Shown piece by piece: positions 61,710 to 64,000 of a stretch of DNA of 64,000 nucleotides (its first letter is position 1; the number at the start of each line of letters is the position of its first letter). The position numbers were made by a program, and so were the translations under genes. This DNA comes from Pseudomonadaceae bacterium. GTDB lineage: Bacteria > Pseudomonadota > Alphaproteobacteria > UBA2136 > UBA6156. The notes under the pieces are model-generated. The model was not told the DNA's origin. It ran no database searches and saw nothing but the letters and a program-made list of their open reading frames with translations. Location of the stretch: positions 214,291-278,290 of the forward strand of contig JACKLD010000012.1 in assembly GCA_024236095.1 (NCBI GenBank), written 5' to 3'.

Positions 61710-61983
61710 CCCATAATAAATCCATACCAGTCCATTTATAAAAGCTTACCGCCCTTTCGCGCAACCTTTTGACATATCGCTCATCAAAAGGATTACCCTC
61801 CCGTATTTTCCGCTCACGTTCCGCCTTTTTCTCAGGAGATGCATTCATCCACTCATCATCGGCAATCCCGATAGTATTCGCAATATCCTGCTCCCAATGC
61901 TCTCTGGCCGTCATCGGTCTCCGGCTCTCCAACAAATCCCGCAATTCCTGCGTCGTCACGGTGGGCTTGTCACTCAGTGCCAT
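61681..61983 (-). CDS. Hypothetical small protein upstream of and overlapping the Fido gene (possible cognate partner)
   Basis: 100-aa ORF whose stop overlaps the fic start by 29 nt. Confidence 0.4.
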   Translation of the reverse strand: MALSDKPTVTTQELRDLLESRRPMTAREHWEQDIANTIGIADDEWMNASPEKKAERERKIREGNPFDERYVKRLRERAVSFYKWTGMDLLWDEELDGPVR

Positions 61984-62020
61984 GACGTTTTCTCCCCTTG
62001 CGGTACGGTTATAAGCCTCT

Positions 62021-63280
62021 TTATCTCAAAATCAAGTCTTTCTCCCACACCCCCACATCTTCCGCCCGCAACCGAACATTAAGCCGCCACTCCTCACCTT
62101 CCAACACACTCTCCAACACATCGCCATGGGCATACAGCCACGCCAACCGCTTGCCGTCACTGGCGGGCACCCGCACCTCCAAAACTTGCCATGCCTGCTT
62201 CAGTTCCGCCTCCAACGCCGCCAGCAGGTTGTCCACTCCCTCACCGCTGACCGCCGAAACCCCCAAACCGCCCTCCGGCACCTCCACACCGTCCGCCAGC
62301 CTGTCCACCTTGTTGAACGCCACCACCCGAGGCTTGTCAGCGGCCCCAATCTCACGCAGCACCGCATCCACATCCGCCGCCTGCGCGCGCCAGTCGGGGT
62401 TGCTGGCATCGCGCACTTCCAGCAGCAGGTCGGCCATCACCACCTCTTCCAAGGTTGCCTTAAAGGCTTCCACCAATTCATGCGGAAGGTCGGCCACAAA
62501 GCCCACCGTATCGGCCAACACAATCTCCAAGCCACCGGGCAGGCGGAACCGCCGCATCAACGGGTCCAGCGTTGCAAACAACGCATCGGCCACCAGCGTG
62601 CCCGCCTCCACCACGCGGTTGAACAACGTGCTCTTGCCCGCATTGGTGTAGCCCACCAGCGCCACGGTGGGTATCTGCGCCCGCTGACGCGCCACCCGCT
62701 GCAAATTGCGCGTGGCCGCCACATCCGCCAACTCAGCCTTCAACCGCCCAATCCGCGTCTTGATCATCGTGCGGTCAAGGTCAAGCTGTCGTTCCCCCGG
62801 CCCGCTGGCCTTGCCGGTGCCGCCGCGCTGACGCTCAAGGTGGGTCCACTGCCGCACCAAACGGCTTTGCATGTAAGTCTGCCGCGCCAGCTCCACCTGC
62901 AGTTTCCCCGCCCGCGTCCGCGCCCTGGAGGCAAAGATCTCCAAAATCAACCCTGTCCGGTCCAACACCTTGGCCTGCAATCCCACCTCCAGGTTACGCT
63001 GCTGACGCGGGCTCAAACCTGCATCCACCACCACCACTTCAACCCCGTCATCCGCCACCCGCGCTTTCAACTCGTCCACCTTGCCTCCGCCAATCAGCGT
63101 GGCAGGGTTGATTTTCGACAACCTCACCCCCTCGCCGCACACTACCTCCAACCCCAGCGAATCCGCCAAGTTTTCCGCCTCATGCAACTTGGCCTCCAAC
63201 GTGCGTACGGGTGCAACCGCCCCGCTACCGCGCTCCGGCGGCATTTCCACTGCCACCACCATGGCCCTGCCCAAACTCAT
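62021..63280 (-). CDS. hflX: GTPase HflX
   Basis: HflX N-domain plus G-domain motifs (VALVGYTNAGKSTLFN, DTVGF, NKVD). Confidence 0.9.
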   Translation of the reverse strand: MSLGRAMVVAVEMPPERGSGAVAPVRTLEAKLHEAENLADSLGLEVVCGEGVRLSKINPATLIGGGKVDELKARVADDGVEVVVVDAGLSPRQQRNLEVGLQAKVLDRTGLILEIFASRARTRAGKLQVELARQTYMQSRLVRQWTHLERQRGGTGKASGPGERQLDLDRTMIKTRIGRLKAELADVAATRNLQRVARQRAQIPTVALVGYTNAGKSTLFNRVVEAGTLVADALFATLDPLMRRFRLPGGLEIVLADTVGFVADLPHELVEAFKATLEEVVMADLLLEVRDASNPDWRAQAADVDAVLREIGAADKPRVVAFNKVDRLADGVEVPEGGLGVSAVSGEGVDNLLAALEAELKQAWQVLEVRVPASDGKRLAWLYAHGDVLESVLEGEEWRLNVRLRAEDVGVWEKDLILR

Positions 63281-63339
63281 CCCTTGCCTCTACCACGCCC
63301 CCATCCAAAAAGCGACAACCAAACAAAAGCGGGCCACCG

Positions 63340-63412
63340 GCCCGCCTACGCCGCAGGCGTCATTCCAGCAAAAGCGGGAATCCAGCTTGTCTGGAACAAC
63401 GCTTTCCCCGCT
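63340..63412. repeat. dRS3-like repeat (ATTCCAGCAAAAGCGGGAAT) between hfq and hflX
   Basis: GCCGCAGGCGTCATTCCAGCAAAAGCGGGAATCCAGC. Confidence 0.5.
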
Positions 63413-63414
63413 GC

Positions 63415-63654
63415 CTACTCTTCCTGCCCCTGCATCAAATCATAAATACTGAACGCATCCTGCGGCATCACGGTAGCAATGGCATGCATCATCACCAGCT
63501 GGGTAATTCCGTCACGCGCCAGCGTCAGCGTGTGGCTGTCCGCCCATGTCATCGTCCCCGAGAGCTTGACCCCGTTGGTCAAAAACACCGTCACCGGCGC
63601 ATGCCCCTTCACCAAATGCTGCATGAATGCCGCCTGCAGGCTGTTGTCGCTCAT
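63415..63654 (-). CDS. hfq: RNA chaperone Hfq
   Basis: Sm1/Sm2 motifs (VTVFLTNGVKLSGTMTWADSHTLTL...QLVMMHAIATVMP). Confidence 0.85.
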   Translation of the reverse strand: MSDNSLQAAFMQHLVKGHAPVTVFLTNGVKLSGTMTWADSHTLTLARDGITQLVMMHAIATVMPQDAFSIYDLMQGQEE

Positions 63655-63778
63655 GTAAGAACCCTTGTTTTTATATCTTGTTGTGGGCTTGTTTGCACCC
63701 TACGCCAGCCCGACGCTGCCTGCCAGCCCCTCCCCCGCCACTCGCCACAGGCGCTGCGGCAATTGCGCCACCATTTCC

Positions 63779-64000
63779 TCAAGGCCGCCAAAAACGCGGG
63801 ACAAACACCAAAATCACCGTATAAAGCTCCAGCCGCCCCAACAGCATCGCCCAGGTCAAAATCACCTTGGCGGCTTGCGGAAGCCCGGCAAAGTTACCGG
63901 CAGGCCCGGCTTCTCCCAACGCGGGCCCAACATTCCCGAGGGTGGCAATGCTGGTGGAAAACGCCGTCACGATATCCACTCCGGTAGCCGCCACCAACAC
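63779..64000 (-). CDS. TrkH/KtrB-family potassium transporter, C-terminal fragment (gene continues beyond window)
   Basis: TLGNVGPALG selectivity-filter-like motif with a hydrophobic C-terminus. The ORF is open at the window edge. Confidence 0.55.
   Translation of the reverse strand: MLVAATGVDIVTAFSTSIATLGNVGPALGEAGPAGNFAGLPQAAKVILTWAMLLGRLELYTVILVFVPRFWRP

Noticed and set aside
62126-63445. 439-aa plus-strand ORF
   Set aside because: It is antisense to hflX.

Overview
High-GC (about 60-65%) bacterial chromosome segment. Gene order (zapB-zapA-ygfA, glyA-nrdR-nusB, hfq-hflX, yebC...ruvC, rplM-rpsI, ihfA-merR, fabH/rpmF) points to a betaproteobacterium. A dense family of short intergenic inverted-repeat elements built on GTCATTCC...GGGAAT cores resembles the dRS3/NIME repeats of Neisseriales. 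The window is mostly housekeeping: dnaE, gltA, ruvC, yebC, pgk, rplM, rpsI, hemF, cspA, purD, fabH, rpmF, nusB, nrdR, glyA, rpiB, murA, hflX, hfq. It also holds a 23S-5S rRNA pair with no linked 16S rRNA and a tRNA-Ser(GCU). Several accessory regions stand out. (1) A low-GC island of about 5.6 kb sits at the 3' end of tRNA-Ser. It is bounded by a direct repeat of the tRNA 3' end, carries a truncated P4-type integrase, and holds a tight four-gene operon: GT2 glycosyltransferase, SAM methyltransferase, a 365-aa unknown and a NUDIX hydrolase. A 39-aa hydrophobic peptide ORF and a decayed AT-rich gene remnant lie alongside. (2) Next to the island's outer att copies is a giant (about 1470 aa) signal-peptide/polytopic membrane protein with a VirB6/TraG_N-like topology and internal tandem coiled-coil repeats. 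A 721-aa unknown lies beside it. (3) A c-di-GMP module (PAS-GGDEF-EAL) is followed by two paralogous periplasmic binding proteins and a GH3-like gene. The 5' 150 bp of the two binding-protein genes are near-identical, but one gene body is low-GC. (4) A Doc/Fic-family gene with a degenerate active-site motif overlaps an upstream small ORF. (5) The 3' end of gltA is tandemly duplicated. (6) Composite repeats carry CGAACAT heptamer tracts; one supplies the C-terminus and stop codon of the GGDEF-EAL gene. The ORF track translates alternative start codons as M (for example TTG at 26757-26759), so several listed N-termini are uncertain.
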